Assembly (NCBI GenBank): GCA_043812495.1
Contig: JBDRMG010000029.1
Location: 1 to 49,077 of the forward strand
From: Candidatus Omnitrophota bacterium
GTDB lineage: Bacteria; Omnitrophota; Gorgyraeia; Zapsychrales; JBDRMG01
Direction: 5' to 3'
DNA length: 49,077 bases
In this document: positions 19,246-29,880 of the stretch, in pieces
Layout: each line of letters begins with the position of its first letter
Position numbering within the stretch: position 1 is the first letter of the stretch
The notes under the pieces: generated by a model
Told to the model about the DNA's origin: nothing
What the model saw: only the letters and a program-made list of their open reading frames with translations
The model's database searches: none
Program-made: the position numbers and the translations under genes

Positions 19246-20337
19246 ATGAAAAAAATTGTCAATAAGAGAATACTAGAAATTAAACCGTATGTTCCCGGTA
19301 AGCCCATTGAGGAGGTTCAACGGGAGCTTGGCTTGAAAGATGTTGTTAAGCTGGCATCCAATGAGAATCCCTTTGGGCCGTCGCCCCAGGTCTTGAAGGC
19401 CATCAGCCAGAAGGCCAAAACCATCAATCGTTATCCCGAATCCAGTTGTTTTTATTTACGCGAAGAACTGTCACGACAGCTTAACGTGAAGCCCAACCAG
19501 CTTATTTTTGGCAACGGCTCTGATGAGATTATTGTTTTGGCTACGCGGGTGTTTACGGGACCTGGCGATGAAGTCATTGTGGCCCGGCCATCTTTTTTGA
19601 TTTACGAAATCGCCGCAAGGATCGCCGGATCAAAACTGAAATTCGTTTCTTTAAAGAATTTCCGCTATGATCTGGACGCGATGGCCAAAGCGGTAACCAA
19701 AAAGACAAAAATTATTTTTATCGGCAATCCGGATAATCCGGCCGGAACGTATATCACGGAGACCGAGTTAAAAAAATTCTTAAGAAAAATCCGCAAAAAT
19801 ATTCTTGTATTTATGGATGAGGCGTATTTCGAATTTGCGCAGGGAAAAAAAGGCTATCCAGATTCTATCAAGCTATTAGAATCCCACAAGAATATGATTG
19901 TGACAAGGACGTTCTCGAAGATGTACGGTTTGGCGGGTTTACGCGTTGGTTATGGTGTTGCCGATTCGTCCGTCATTGATATTTTCGAGCGCGTGCGCGA
20001 ACCTTTTAACGTCAATTCGCTGGCCCAGGCCGCGGCCGTGGCGTGCCTTCAGGATAAGAGGTATTATCAGAATATCCTCAAGCGACTGGAGAATCAACGC
20101 CGATATCTTTACAAAAGTTTTCAACGACTCGGATTGCATTTTGTCAAAACAGCGACCAACTTTGTGCTGCTCGATACGGGACAAGACAGTTTGAAGTTTT
20201 CTCAGTCCTTGTTGCGTAAAGGCATCATCGTGCGTGATATGGGCTTCTGGGGACTCGACACCTTTATCCGCATCACGATCGGAAGCGAAAAAGAAAATAA
20301 AAAACTCATTAGAGCCTTGAAGGACTTAATCTCATGA
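19246..20337 (+). CDS. hisC: Histidinol-phosphate/aromatic aminotransferase
   Basis: [37 protein letters not shown]. Confidence 0.93.
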   Translation: MKKIVNKRILEIKPYVPGKPIEEVQRELGLKDVVKLASNENPFGPSPQVLKAISQKAKTINRYPESSCFYLREELSRQLNVKPNQLIFGNGSDEIIVLATRVFTGPGDEVIVARPSFLIYEIAARIAGSKLKFVSLKNFRYDLDAMAKAVTKKTKIIFIGNPDNPAGTYITETELKKFLRKIRKNILVFMDEAYFEFAQGKKGYPDSIKLLESHKNMIVTRTFSKMYGLAGLRVGYGVADSSVIDIFERVREPFNVNSLAQAAAVACLQDKRYYQNILKRLENQRRYLYKSFQRLGLHFVKTATNFVLLDTGQDSLKFSQSLLRKGIIVRDMGFWGLDTFIRITIGSEKENKKLIRALKDLIS

Positions 20338-21350
20338 TTGTCATCTTAAAAAAAGAAGCGACGGAAGAACAGATTCAGCATATCGTCAAAAAAGCCGAAC
20401 AGCTCGGCCTCAAAGCGCATATTTCGCGCGGTGTCGAACGGACCATCATCGGTTTTATCGGGCCTGAGGATGTCTTGCGGGTCACGCCCTTAGAGGTGTT
20501 TCCAGGCGTTGAGTCCGTGATGCCGGTTTTATCGCCGTTTAAACTGGTTTCCCGGGAATTCAAAAAAGAAAATTCCGTCATTGATTTGGGTCACGGCGTC
20601 AAAATCGGAGGCGAGAAGATTATCGTGATGGCCGGTCCTTGCTCGGTCGAAAGTCGCGATTCACTTCTGTCGATTGCCAAAAAGGTCAAAGGGCTTGGCG
20701 CCAGTGTTTTACGCGGCGGCGCTTTTAAACCCAGAACCTCACCTTATGATTTTCAGGGGTTGGGCGAAGAGGGATTGAAATACTTAAAAGAGGCGAGTGA
20801 CGCCACCGGGCTTTTGACTGTGACCGAGGTCATGGATACCCGGCACGTCGAACTTGTTTCCAAATACGCGGATATCTTGCAAATCGGCGCGCGCAATATG
20901 CATAATTTTGTCCTCTTAAAAGAGGTCGGCATGATCAAAAAGCCGATCTTGTTAAAACGCGGGATCAGCGCCACCATCAAAGAATGGTTGATGTCAGCGG
21001 AATATATTCTCTCCGAAGGGAACTTCAGCGTGATGATGTGCGAGCGCGGGATCCGCACCTTTGAGACCATCACGCGAAATACTTTAGATATCAACGCTGT
21101 TCCCGTTGTCAAAGAGCTCGCCCATTTACCGGTCGTTGTTGATCCAAGTCATGGCGTGGGCAAATGGGATTTGGTGCCGAGTGTGGCCAAGGCTGCCGTT
21201 GCGGCCGGCTGTGATGGCTTAATGATCGAAGTTCATGATAATCCTGAAGAAGCACTCTCGGACGGGGCACAATCACTTAAACCGGAGACATTTAAAACGC
21301 TGATGGAAGACTTAAGAAAAGTCGCTCAAGCGGTCTCAAGGGAATTATAA
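20334..21350 (+). CDS. aroF: DAHP synthase type I-beta with N-terminal regulatory domain
   Basis: [41 protein letters not shown]. Confidence 0.95.
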   Translation: MIVILKKEATEEQIQHIVKKAEQLGLKAHISRGVERTIIGFIGPEDVLRVTPLEVFPGVESVMPVLSPFKLVSREFKKENSVIDLGHGVKIGGEKIIVMAGPCSVESRDSLLSIAKKVKGLGASVLRGGAFKPRTSPYDFQGLGEEGLKYLKEASDATGLLTVTEVMDTRHVELVSKYADILQIGARNMHNFVLLKEVGMIKKPILLKRGISATIKEWLMSAEYILSEGNFSVMMCERGIRTFETITRNTLDINAVPVVKELAHLPVVVDPSHGVGKWDLVPSVAKAAVAAGCDGLMIEVHDNPEEALSDGAQSLKPETFKTLMEDLRKVAQAVSREL

Positions 21351-21352
21351 CG

Positions 21353-22207
21353 ATGAATGGAAAAAGAATTTTTTTTAGAAAAGTAACGATTGTTGGGGTC
21401 GGTTTAATTGGCGGGTCGTTGGGGATGGCGATCAAGAAAAACGGTCTGGCCAAAGAAGTGATGGGCTTAGCCCGCCGGCACGGTCCTCTGGTTACGGCGA
21501 TCCGCGGCGGAGCTATCGACAAAATTTCTCACGATTATAAGAAAGCCGTTGACGGGAGTGATCTCGTGATTTTTGCGACACCCGTGAAGACCATTATGGA
21601 ATTATTTCCCAAAGTCGGATGTTTTTTAAAACGCGGATGTCTTGTGACCGACGTCGGCAGCATCAAAGAAGAGATCGTCCGTGCGGCCCACAAGTCGCTT
21701 CCCCCTTATGTGAATTTTGTCGGATCTCACCCCGTGGCCGGCTCGGAGAAAAGCGGTAATTTATTCGCCAATGCCGATTTATTTAAAGATTCATTATGCG
21801 TTGTTACACCGACCGATAAAACAAATAGGGCCGCTGTGGACACCATTAAAACCTTATGGACCAAATGCGGTGCTTTAGTCAAAACCTTATCGCCTCAAGA
21901 GCATGATCAAATTCTCGCCTACGTGAGTCATGTTCCCCATCTTTTGGCTTATAGCCTGATGGATGCAATCCCTGAGAAGTATCTGGATTACGCCTCGAGC
22001 GGTCTTAAAGATACGACCCGGGTGGCCTCGTCGGATCCGAAAATGTGGAATGACATCTGCATGGCCAATTCAAGAAATATCCTGCGTACGCTCGATAGCG
22101 TCGTCAAGCAAATTTCTGTTTTACGTAAGGCCATCACGTCGCGCAAAGAACAGGACCTCATGGAACGCTTCAAGGAATCCAAAAGAAAAAGAGATGGGAT
22201 CAACTAA
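21353..22207 (+). CDS. tyrA: Prephenate/arogenate dehydrogenase
   Basis: GVGLIGGS, TDVGS.K, HP.AGSEKSG, HD...A.VSHVPH, D.TR.A. Confidence 0.93.
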   Translation: MNGKRIFFRKVTIVGVGLIGGSLGMAIKKNGLAKEVMGLARRHGPLVTAIRGGAIDKISHDYKKAVDGSDLVIFATPVKTIMELFPKVGCFLKRGCLVTDVGSIKEEIVRAAHKSLPPYVNFVGSHPVAGSEKSGNLFANADLFKDSLCVVTPTDKTNRAAVDTIKTLWTKCGALVKTLSPQEHDQILAYVSHVPHLLAYSLMDAIPEKYLDYASSGLKDTTRVASSDPKMWNDICMANSRNILRTLDSVVKQISVLRKAITSRKEQDLMERFKESKRKRDGIN

Positions 22208-22886
22208 GGGCCCATCAACTTCAGAGCCGGTTGTGATCACCATCGACGGACCTGCCGGAGCGGGAAAAAGCACGATTGCCCGCGCCTTAGCCCGTCAGCT
22301 GAAATATACGTATTTGGATACGGGAGCGATGTATCGCGCTTTGACACTCAAGGCCTTAGAAGAGAAGATTGATTTAAACAGCGAAAAAGAGCTCATCGAC
22401 TTAGCCCATCATACATTGATTAATATTGAGGCGGATGAACATCAGAATTTACGCGTTCTTCTGGATGGAAAAGACGTGACGGAAGATATCCGCTCGCTAG
22501 AAGTGACCAACAATACGTATCATATCGCGCAGGTCCCCGGTGTGCGCGAAGTGATGGTTCAAAGGCAGCGGGAAATCGGCCGAAGAACCAATGTGGTCAT
22601 TGAGGGACGCGATGTCGGTACGATGGTTTTTCCTAAGGCCACGAAGAAATTTTATCTGGATGCGGATTTCAAAGAAAGGGCCGTGCGCCGCATTAAGGAA
22701 TTAAAAGACAAGGGCATGAAGGTCGATGAACAGGAAACTTCGCACAATTTAAAAGAACGCGACACCAAAGATATGACCCGGGACGTCGGCCCCTTAAAGA
22801 AAGCTGAGGATGCGATTGTCATTGATTCCACTCATTTATCGATAGAAGAAGTAGTCAATAAGATTATGCAATATATTGATGAATAG
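22194..22886 (+). CDS. cmk: Cytidylate kinase
   Basis: ITIDGPAGAGKST, LDTGAMYRA, EGRDVGT.VFP. Confidence 0.96.
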   Translation: MGSTKGPSTSEPVVITIDGPAGAGKSTIARALARQLKYTYLDTGAMYRALTLKALEEKIDLNSEKELIDLAHHTLINIEADEHQNLRVLLDGKDVTEDIRSLEVTNNTYHIAQVPGVREVMVQRQREIGRRTNVVIEGRDVGTMVFPKATKKFYLDADFKERAVRRIKELKDKGMKVDEQETSHNLKERDTKDMTRDVGPLKKAEDAIVIDSTHLSIEEVVNKIMQYIDE

Positions 22887-22943
22887 TCACAAGTTGCAAT
22901 GTCACAAGTCACAAGGTGACTAATCGTTCATTTATTTTACGCT

Positions 22944-24734
22944 ATGCAAAAATCTCTTATCCGTAACTTTTCCATCATTGCCCATATCGACCATGGAAAA
23001 TCGACCTTGGCCGACCGGCTGCTTCTGCATACCGGCGCGATCGACGAGCGCAAGTTCAAAAATCAACTTTTGGATGACATGGACTTGGAGCGCGAACGCG
23101 GCATCACCATCAAAGCCTCCGCGGTACGTCTTCAATACAAGGCCGATGACGGACAAACGTATTTGTTGAATCTCATCGATACGCCCGGCCATGTGGATTT
23201 TACCTATGAGGTAGAAAAATCACTACGGGCCTGCGAAGGCGCCCTTTTGGTGGTTGATGCATCCCAAGGGGTCGAATCCCAGACCGTGGCCAATTATTAT
23301 CTGGCTATTGACAGTCATTTGGAGATTCTTCCGGTCTTGAACAAAATCGATATCGCGAGTATCGATTTGGATTTGGTCCGAACCCAATTAGTCGAAACCT
23401 TTAATTTTAAAGAAAAAGACATGGTGCTTGTTTCCGCGAAAGAGGGAATCGGCATCAAAGAACTTTGCGAGAAGATCGTTTCTTTTATCCCCGCGCCCGA
23501 AGGAGAAGACGCACAGCCTCTGCAGGCGCTGATCTTTGATCTGAAATACGATATGTACAAAGGGATCATTGTTTATGTGCGCATCATGCACGGTGTTTTG
23601 CGGCCCAACATGCGCATTCACCTGATGAATGAGAATAAAAATTTTACGGTGGAAGAAGTCGGCATCTTCCGTCCAGAAGGCGAGCAGATCAAAGAATTAA
23701 CGGCCGGCGAGGTCGGTTACATCACGTGCAACGTGCATGATCCCAAAGAGATCAATGTCGGCGATACGGTTACGGAAATTGAGCGGCCTGTGCCGGAGGC
23801 TTTGCCCGGTTACCGCCGCCTCAAGCCCCTTGTGTTTTGCGGTGTTTACCCCGTGAATTCCAAGGATTTCTTGAGTTTACGCGAAGCGATCGATAAACTG
23901 CGCTTAAATGACCCCAGCTTTGTTTATGAACCGGAGACCTCGCAATCTTTCGGCCATGGATTTCGCTGTGGTTTTCTGGGATTGCTTCATATGGAAATCA
24001 CCCAAGAAAGGCTCCAGAGGGAATATAACCTGAATTTGATTCTGACAACGCCCAATGTCAGTTATCGCGTGATCAAACATGACGGCGAAGTGATTGACCT
24101 TGAGAATCCTAGCGCCTTGCCTGACCGGTCCTCCTTTGATCGTATCGAAGAGCCCTACTTGAAGGTATCGATTATCACGCCGGTCTCAGCCATGGACAGC
24201 GTCATGGAATTGGCCAAGAAGAAAAGAGGAGTCTATCAGGAAAGTCATTATGTAGCCGAGCGAATGAAGGTGACGTTTGATATACCACTGTCGGAGGTGA
24301 TCGTGGACTTCAATGATTTGATCAAATCCGTAACGCGCGGATATGGCTCCATCGATTATGAATTCAAAGGATATGAACCGGCTCAGATTGCCAAGCTGGA
24401 CATTCTTATCAACGATGATGTGTGCGATGCCTTTTCCTGTTTGGTCCACAAAGAACGGGCCTATGAAAAAGGTCAAGCGCTTGTCTCTAAATTAAAAGAA
24501 CTCATTCCTCAGCAGCTCTTTGAGGTACGCATCCAGGCAGCATGCGACGGGCGCATCATTTCAAGCGCGAAAGTGCGCGCCGTCGGCAAGAACGTCACGG
24601 CTAAATGTTACGGGGGTGATATCACCCGCAAACGAAAACTCTGGGAAAAACAAAAAGAAGGGAAGAAGCGGCTCAAGCAGGTTGGACGCGTCGAAATCCC
24701 TCAGGAGGCCTTTTTAGCGGCTCTAAAACTATGA
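22944..24734 (+). CDS. lepA: Elongation factor 4
   Basis: IRNFSIIAHIDHGKSTLADR, GFRCGFLGLLH, KCYGGDITRKRKL. Confidence 0.98.
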   Translation: MQKSLIRNFSIIAHIDHGKSTLADRLLLHTGAIDERKFKNQLLDDMDLERERGITIKASAVRLQYKADDGQTYLLNLIDTPGHVDFTYEVEKSLRACEGALLVVDASQGVESQTVANYYLAIDSHLEILPVLNKIDIASIDLDLVRTQLVETFNFKEKDMVLVSAKEGIGIKELCEKIVSFIPAPEGEDAQPLQALIFDLKYDMYKGIIVYVRIMHGVLRPNMRIHLMNENKNFTVEEVGIFRPEGEQIKELTAGEVGYITCNVHDPKEINVGDTVTEIERPVPEALPGYRRLKPLVFCGVYPVNSKDFLSLREAIDKLRLNDPSFVYEPETSQSFGHGFRCGFLGLLHMEITQERLQREYNLNLILTTPNVSYRVIKHDGEVIDLENPSALPDRSSFDRIEEPYLKVSIITPVSAMDSVMELAKKKRGVYQESHYVAERMKVTFDIPLSEVIVDFNDLIKSVTRGYGSIDYEFKGYEPAQIAKLDILINDDVCDAFSCLVHKERAYEKGQALVSKLKELIPQQLFEVRIQAACDGRIISSAKVRAVGKNVTAKCYGGDITRKRKLWEKQKEGKKRLKQVGRVEIPQEAFLAALKL

Positions 24735-25318
24735 TGAAACTCCATACCCCCCCAAAAAAATCGGTGATCCGCGACTGGGTCGAATCCATTGTCATTGCCC
24801 TCATCCTTGCTCTTTTTATCCGGACCTTTATTATCCAGGCCTTTAAAATTCCGACCGGCTCCATGCGCATGACGCTTTTGGAGGGGGACAGGATTCTGGT
24901 CAATAAATTGCGATACGGGCCTCGCATACCGTTTACGACTAAACGATTGCCGGGTTTTAGCGAGCCCAAGCACGGTGATGTGGTGGTTTTTATTTATCCC
25001 GAAGATAAAAAAAGGGATTTTATCAAACGCCTGATCGCGAAAGAAGGGGAAACCGTCGAAATCAAAGACGGGGATATTTTTATTAATGGGGAGCGCGTCG
25101 AAGATTCTCCCATCAAAAATATCTATTATTACAACCGCGGAGATTATGGTGAGACCAATGAAAAGATCATTGTCCCCGAAGGGAATTATTTTGTGCTGGG
25201 CGATAATAGCGCCTCAAGCAAAGACAGCCGCTACTGGGGCTTTGTCCCCAAAGAGCTGATTGTGGGCCGGGCCGAATTGATCTATTGGCCGCTTCGACGA
25301 ATCCGCTTAATTAAGTGA
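24731..25318 (+). CDS. lepB: Signal peptidase I
   Basis: IPTGSM..TL..GD, FIKR, GDN...S.DSRYWG. Confidence 0.96.
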   Translation: MMKLHTPPKKSVIRDWVESIVIALILALFIRTFIIQAFKIPTGSMRMTLLEGDRILVNKLRYGPRIPFTTKRLPGFSEPKHGDVVVFIYPEDKKRDFIKRLIAKEGETVEIKDGDIFINGERVEDSPIKNIYYYNRGDYGETNEKIIVPEGNYFVLGDNSASSKDSRYWGFVPKELIVGRAELIYWPLRRIRLIK

Positions 25319-25502
25319 GGGGTCGGGGTGTTTCCGACCCCGAAATCCTGAGCGGAGCCCCGACTTTAGTCGAGGCGGAGTCGAAGGATCCATTAACCAG
25401 AGACCCTTCGACTCGCCCTTCGGGCTCGCTCCCCGGCCCGCGGCTTTCGCCGCGAAGCGGCGGGGCGGGCAGGTTGAGCCCCTCGGAAAAAACTCCCCGA
25501 CT
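25319..25502. repeat. REP-like hairpin cluster
   Basis: GGGTCGG..CCGACCC; TCCTGAGCGGAG...GAGTCGAAGGA; CCTTCGACTCGCCCTTCGGGCTCGCT. Confidence 0.7.
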
Positions 25503-25512
25503 GGTCAAGTAA

Positions 25513-25806
25513 ATGGTTAAAAGCTGTATGACAACAGGCTTGCTTAGATTGATTGCCTTCTTGGGCATTCTTATTTTTGTTTATGGCTGCGCCAGTTCGC
25601 CAAACCGGTCGAATCAGGATACCGCGTCAAATGCAAATCCCAAAGAAACGACGCAAGATGTTCGTAGCGCGGTCGAGGCGATTGCGGATTCTGTTTCAGG
25701 ACAAAAAGTTCAAGTGACGTATTGTCCGTTATGCGGACGCCATTACAGCGGACGCGTGAAAATTTGCCCTGTAGATCAAACACCCCTGGAAATTCTGGAA
25801 GAATGA
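25513..25806 (+). CDS. Putative lipoprotein with C-terminal zinc ribbon
   Basis: Hydrophobic signal ending VYGC; YCPLCG...CPVD. Confidence 0.7.
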   Translation: MVKSCMTTGLLRLIAFLGILIFVYGCASSPNRSNQDTASNANPKETTQDVRSAVEAIADSVSGQKVQVTYCPLCGRHYSGRVKICPVDQTPLEILEE

Positions 25807-25837
25807 ATAGAGGAAATAGAATAACTGTATTTGTCTA

Positions 25838-26407
25838 ATGAGATTAACCTTCGCCAATAAAGTAACCATCGGACGCATTATTATTGTCCCGTTTTTTATC
25901 GTGGCCATGGTTTACTATAGACCCAACCGGGACTATTTCCGCACGATAGCCTTGGGGATATTCCTTCTGGCGGTTTTAACCGATATTATTGACGGTTATA
26001 TCGCGCGTACCCTTCAAGAGAAGACAAAAGCGGGGGCCATTCTTGATCCTTTGGCGGATAAGCTGCTTCTCATTAGCGCTTTTATTTGTCTTTATCGGGT
26101 CGGGCCGCTTTTGGGTTCGATTCGTTTCCCCTTTTGGCTGGTCATAGCCGTCATCAGCCGTGATACGATTCTTTTAGTGGGGTCGCTGATCATTTACGTT
26201 ATGCATGGGGCTCTCGATATTTCTCCGACCGCGTGGGGAAAAACGACGACCTTTTTTCAAATTATTTGTGTTTTTGGTGTTCTTCTTCAATCGCCGTTAT
26301 CGATTGTCCTATGGATTATTACGGCTGTTTTGACGGTTATTTCCGGTGTAGATTATATCCGCTCAGGAATAAAGGTGCTCAATGCTCCTGTTGAAAATCA
26401 TTCTTAG
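25838..26407 (+). CDS. pgsA: CDP-alcohol phosphatidyltransferase (PgsA-like)
   Basis: AN.VT..R, D.IDG.IAR, G..LDPLADK. Confidence 0.85.
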   Translation: MRLTFANKVTIGRIIIVPFFIVAMVYYRPNRDYFRTIALGIFLLAVLTDIIDGYIARTLQEKTKAGAILDPLADKLLLISAFICLYRVGPLLGSIRFPFWLVIAVISRDTILLVGSLIIYVMHGALDISPTAWGKTTTFFQIICVFGVLLQSPLSIVLWIITAVLTVISGVDYIRSGIKVLNAPVENHS

Positions 26408-27020
26408 TTGCGCTCTTAGCTATCTGGTGGGTTCGATTCCTACGGCTTATGTCTTCGGCCGTCTGATCAAAAGGATAGATATTCGCGAGCATGGTTCCGG
26501 TAATGTCGGGGCCACCAACGCGATACGCGTTCTCGGCAAAGGACCGGGGACCCTGGTTCTCTTGTTGGATATCCTCAAAGGGATCGTCGCCACAAGCGTT
26601 GTGGCCGATTGTTTCGGCCTGGAGCGCACGTGGATGCTTATTTTGCTTGGCTTGATCGCTGTTGCCGGGCATAACTGGACCGTTTTCCTTGAATTCAAAG
26701 GCGGTAAAGGGATGGCTACAAGCCTGGGGGTGTTGATCGGCCTTATGATCAAGATAGCCCCTTTGCGCATTGTTGTCCTTTTTAGCGTGCTTGTTTGGCT
26801 GGTTGTTTTTCTTGTTTCAGGGTTCGTTTCCCTGGCAAGCATTCTGGCCGCTGTGTTTTTACCGATTTTTATGGTCCTTTCGAGTCAATCAATTGAACTT
26901 ATTGCTTTGGGCGTTGTTCTTTGCGTCTTTATTGTCTTGAGGCACCGGCCGAATATCAAACGGCTGCTTTCGCAGCAGGAGCCGCGCGTCCACTTTCCCT
27001 TCAGAAAACCTCCCCATTAA
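26382..27020 (+). CDS. plsY: Glycerol-3-phosphate acyltransferase
   Basis: YLVGSIP, GSGNVGATN..R, GHNW, FKGGKG, HRPNIKRL. Confidence 0.95.
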   Translation: MLLLKIILSCALSYLVGSIPTAYVFGRLIKRIDIREHGSGNVGATNAIRVLGKGPGTLVLLLDILKGIVATSVVADCFGLERTWMLILLGLIAVAGHNWTVFLEFKGGKGMATSLGVLIGLMIKIAPLRIVVLFSVLVWLVVFLVSGFVSLASILAAVFLPIFMVLSSQSIELIALGVVLCVFIVLRHRPNIKRLLSQQEPRVHFPFRKPPH

Positions 27021-27269
27021 TCATGTCCGAAATTGTCTGTTTTCGGATTATTTATCCGTATCTTTTCTAAACATATCGCTTCTAAAACTCCATTTTTTGG
27101 GTTCTTTTTGCATCGGAAATCGATACTTCTCCGTCGATAGATAAAAAAGAAGAGAATTCAAGGACTTCAAGAAAAAAAGCAAAGGAAACGTTTCCTCGTA
27201 ACCCCTTGACCTGCATTGTTTTGCGAAATCATCATGATATACTTTAAATGTAAAAGCATTTGAGAAAGT

Positions 27270-27394
27270 GCTTATTTACCGAAAAAGCTAACGCAAAACC
27301 CAAAGGAACCCCATCAGCCACGGATGAGGTAAGCCGGGTTGCCGAAGAAATAAGCGAAAGTTTATGACTGGCTGCAACCTGGCTTTTTCTTTTT
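27270..27394 (+). promoter_or_regulatory. c-di-GMP-I (GEMM)-like riboswitch variant with terminator
   Basis: ACGCAAAACCC...AGCCGGGTTGCCGAA matches the 3' two thirds of the motif; downstream GCAACCTGGCTT plus T run pairs with AAGCCGGGTTGC; P2 is non-canonical. Confidence 0.45.
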
Positions 27395-27395
27395 A

Positions 27396-27567
27396 ATGAG
27401 GCCATGGTTTATGGAGTCCGTCATTGGTTCAGTGGCGGACGACATAAACCATCTGGCCGAATTAACCCAGCACTAATTTTGCATTATCATAAAAATGCAA
27501 AATTAGTGCTGGGTCCATTCGCACTGATCAGTTACGTTCCTTACGGTCACGTAACTGATGTGCTCAT
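27396..27567. repeat. Tripartite palindromic element, second full copy
   Basis: ATGAG...CGAAT + ACCCAGCACTAATTTT/AAAATTAGTGCTGGGT + ATTCG...CTCAT. Confidence 0.75.
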
Positions 27568-27578
27568 GGAGGGAAACG

Positions 27579-27896
27579 ATGAAAGAGATTATTTACAAAA
27601 ACCGGCTTTCTCCCAAATATAAGCGTCGCGTCATTACCATTCATGAATGGTCGGCCTGCGAGGGCTACCAGACGCATACGCAAAAGGCTTTTATTTATAT
27701 TGTGGAGGAAAAGAAGTCCATCCGCGATCCTCTCCCTGCGCCGGAATTCTTCATCACAAAGATTACTGATTCGCTCACCAGAGAAGAGAAGTTCCATTTT
27801 CGCGTCAAAGGGCTTTTTTGGGTTGTCAAAAATAAACATTTTCTCGAGGTCCAATTCTGCCATTCCCTGCGCATTGACATGGTTCCTAAGAGTTAA
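27579..27896 (+). CDS. Hypothetical protein
   Basis: GGAGGG RBS, 105 aa ORF, followed by a terminator. Confidence 0.6.
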   Translation: MKEIIYKNRLSPKYKRRVITIHEWSACEGYQTHTQKAFIYIVEEKKSIRDPLPAPEFFITKITDSLTREEKFHFRVKGLFWVVKNKHFLEVQFCHSLRIDMVPKS

Positions 27897-27941
27897 AGAT
27901 CGATTAAAAAGTTTAACAATCAAGCCATTTTTGAGGAGATA

Positions 27942-27978
27942 AACCCCTTGGCATCCTTGGCCAAGGGGTTATTTTTTT
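27942..27978 (+). terminator. Intrinsic terminator
   Basis: AACCCCTTGGC/GCCAAGGGGTT stem plus T7. Confidence 0.75.
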
Positions 27979-28024
27979 GCGACGTGTTTTGGCCCTCCTG
28001 GACGCAACTCATGCTATAATAAAC

Positions 28025-28054
28025 TGAAACTTTCTCCGATGACTTATTGTCTAA
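28025..28054 (+). promoter_or_regulatory. ECF-type promoter, probably autoregulatory
   Basis: TGAAAC-17 nt-TGTCTAA just upstream of the ECF sigma gene. Confidence 0.6.
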
Positions 28055-28071
28055 TGCAATAGAGGTTAAGC

Positions 28072-28635
28072 ATGCAAGATATCAGTCCGGAAATCATCCA
28101 AGAGGCCTTAAAAGGAAGCATGGGCGCTTTTGAAGAAATATACAAAGCCTATAGCGGTTTTGTCTATTCCGTGACCTTTCGCGTGACCCGAAATATTGAG
28201 GATGCCAAAGAAGTGACCCAGGATGTCTTTTTAAAGGTGCACAAAAATCTAAAACATTTTCAATTTCAGTCGTCTTTGAAGACATGGGTTTACCGTATCA
28301 CGGTCAACACGGCAATCAATGCCTATAAAAGAGCCTCTAAGGATACGGTCAAAAGAGTGGATTACGAAACAGCCTTAAGATTTGTGCAAGCGCCGGAAAA
28401 GACGGATGAAATGGCCGAACAAAAGGACAACGAAGCGGCCCTGGCAACCGTTTTAGAGACTTTAAATCCGGATCAGCGAGCCTGCATTATTTTACGCGAA
28501 ATACAAGGATGCAATTATAAGGAAATGGCTAAGATTCTTAAAATTAATATCAATACCGTACGCTCAAGACTAAAAAGAGCCCGCGAGGCGCTTATAGCCT
28601 GTCGTCCAAAGGGGGTGCTTGTCCATGAATTGTAA
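28072..28635 (+). CDS. ECF RNA polymerase sigma factor
   Basis: DA.EVTQDVFL, F..S.KTWVYRI..N, Y.E.A..L.I...TVRSRL.RAR. Confidence 0.93.
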   Translation: MQDISPEIIQEALKGSMGAFEEIYKAYSGFVYSVTFRVTRNIEDAKEVTQDVFLKVHKNLKHFQFQSSLKTWVYRITVNTAINAYKRASKDTVKRVDYETALRFVQAPEKTDEMAEQKDNEAALATVLETLNPDQRACIILREIQGCNYKEMAKILKININTVRSRLKRAREALIACRPKGVLVHEL

Positions 28636-29122
28636 AATCGTGAAAGATTACTTAATGACAGATTATCTGGATAATGAAATGAATGCCGCGCTCAAAGAGC
28701 AAGTCGAACAGCATTTGGTGTCCTGTGCCGCGTGCCGGGATTTTGAAGCCACTTTAGTGGAAACGGCAAGGGAGCCTTTTAAGGATGTCGGGGAAATCAA
28801 GCCGCCGCAAGATGTTTGGCAGAATATCCAATCCACGATTATCCAGGAACAACTCAATCAAGAACCTGCGCCGGATTCGGCCATTCGTTTTCCTCGACTG
28901 ATCCCTCAGAGAAGACCTGTCTTCGTGATGGCCACGGCTTTGGCGCTTGTACTTTTGACCATGACGTTCATCAGAATCAATGATCGCCAACAGAAAATCG
29001 CCCAGAACGGAGCTGTCCAAGAAGAAAGCTACCTGGCTTACCTTTCTGGTGTTGACCAGGACAGTGATATTCTTTTGTTGGACACGGAGAATGAAACTTC
29101 GATTGAGAAATATTTGCTTTAG
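28625..29122 (+). CDS. Zinc-finger (zf-HC2) membrane anti-sigma factor
   Basis: DYLD.E, HLVSCAAC, one transmembrane segment; overlaps the sigma gene. Confidence 0.88.
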   Translation: MNCKIVKDYLMTDYLDNEMNAALKEQVEQHLVSCAACRDFEATLVETAREPFKDVGEIKPPQDVWQNIQSTIIQEQLNQEPAPDSAIRFPRLIPQRRPVFVMATALALVLLTMTFIRINDRQQKIAQNGAVQEESYLAYLSGVDQDSDILLLDTENETSIEKYLL

Positions 29123-29180
29123 AGGGGGAACTTATGCTTGAGAAGATGTGTCTAAGGAATTGAAAGGAGGCAAGAACGCT

Positions 29181-29729
29181 ATGAAACGAAAATCGAGGAA
29201 ATTAATTATTGGATTGATGGTGATAGCCTGTTTTGTTTTGGTTCAAGGGGTTTATGCCCAAGAGCAGACGGAAAGTCGTAAAGAAAAAATCGAGCGGTTT
29301 AAAGAACGAAAACAAGAGATGTCACAAAAGATCGCCGAAGAATTGGTGTTGACGGACGAACAGCAAAAGGCCCTCAAGGAGCATCGCGAGAGTTTCCGGG
29401 AAGAGACCAAGGCCTTGCGCGATTCATTACGAACGAAACAGGAAGCCCTGCACGCGCAATTAGAAAAATACGATGCTGATCAAACGGTTGTCAACAATTT
29501 GGCCAATGAGGTCAAAGCCCTCCAAAGCCAGTTGGTTGATCAGCGCGTATCCAGTATCAGCGAAGTCAAAAACATCCTCACGCCCGAGCAATTTGATAAG
29601 CTTCAATCGATAGAAAAGAAACACAAAGGCGGAAGACAACAGATGAAAGAGCGCTTCAAAGATAAGAGACAAGAATGGGGACACCCCGGCGCTAAGTCAT
29701 CAACGGATAGTGAGGCCGAAGGACTTTAA
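29181..29729 (+). CDS. Spy/CpxP family periplasmic chaperone
   Basis: Signal peptide; two LTxxQ motifs (LTDEQ, LTPEQ). Confidence 0.85.
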   Translation: MKRKSRKLIIGLMVIACFVLVQGVYAQEQTESRKEKIERFKERKQEMSQKIAEELVLTDEQQKALKEHRESFREETKALRDSLRTKQEALHAQLEKYDADQTVVNNLANEVKALQSQLVDQRVSSISEVKNILTPEQFDKLQSIEKKHKGGRQQMKERFKDKRQEWGHPGAKSSTDSEAEGL

Positions 29730-29880
29730 TTCTGCGCGGTTATTAAACTAAACAAAAGTTATGGCTGCTTGACATAGATCGGGCCGATGATTCTTCGAAT
29801 CATCGGCCCGTTTATTTTCAATCGAATTTCCCGATTTCATCTTGTCACGGTTTTTTATCAGGAGTACAATAATCATACCG

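Noticed and set aside
25311..25568. ORFs on both strands after lepB
   Set aside because: GC-rich palindromic repeats that lack stops by chance.
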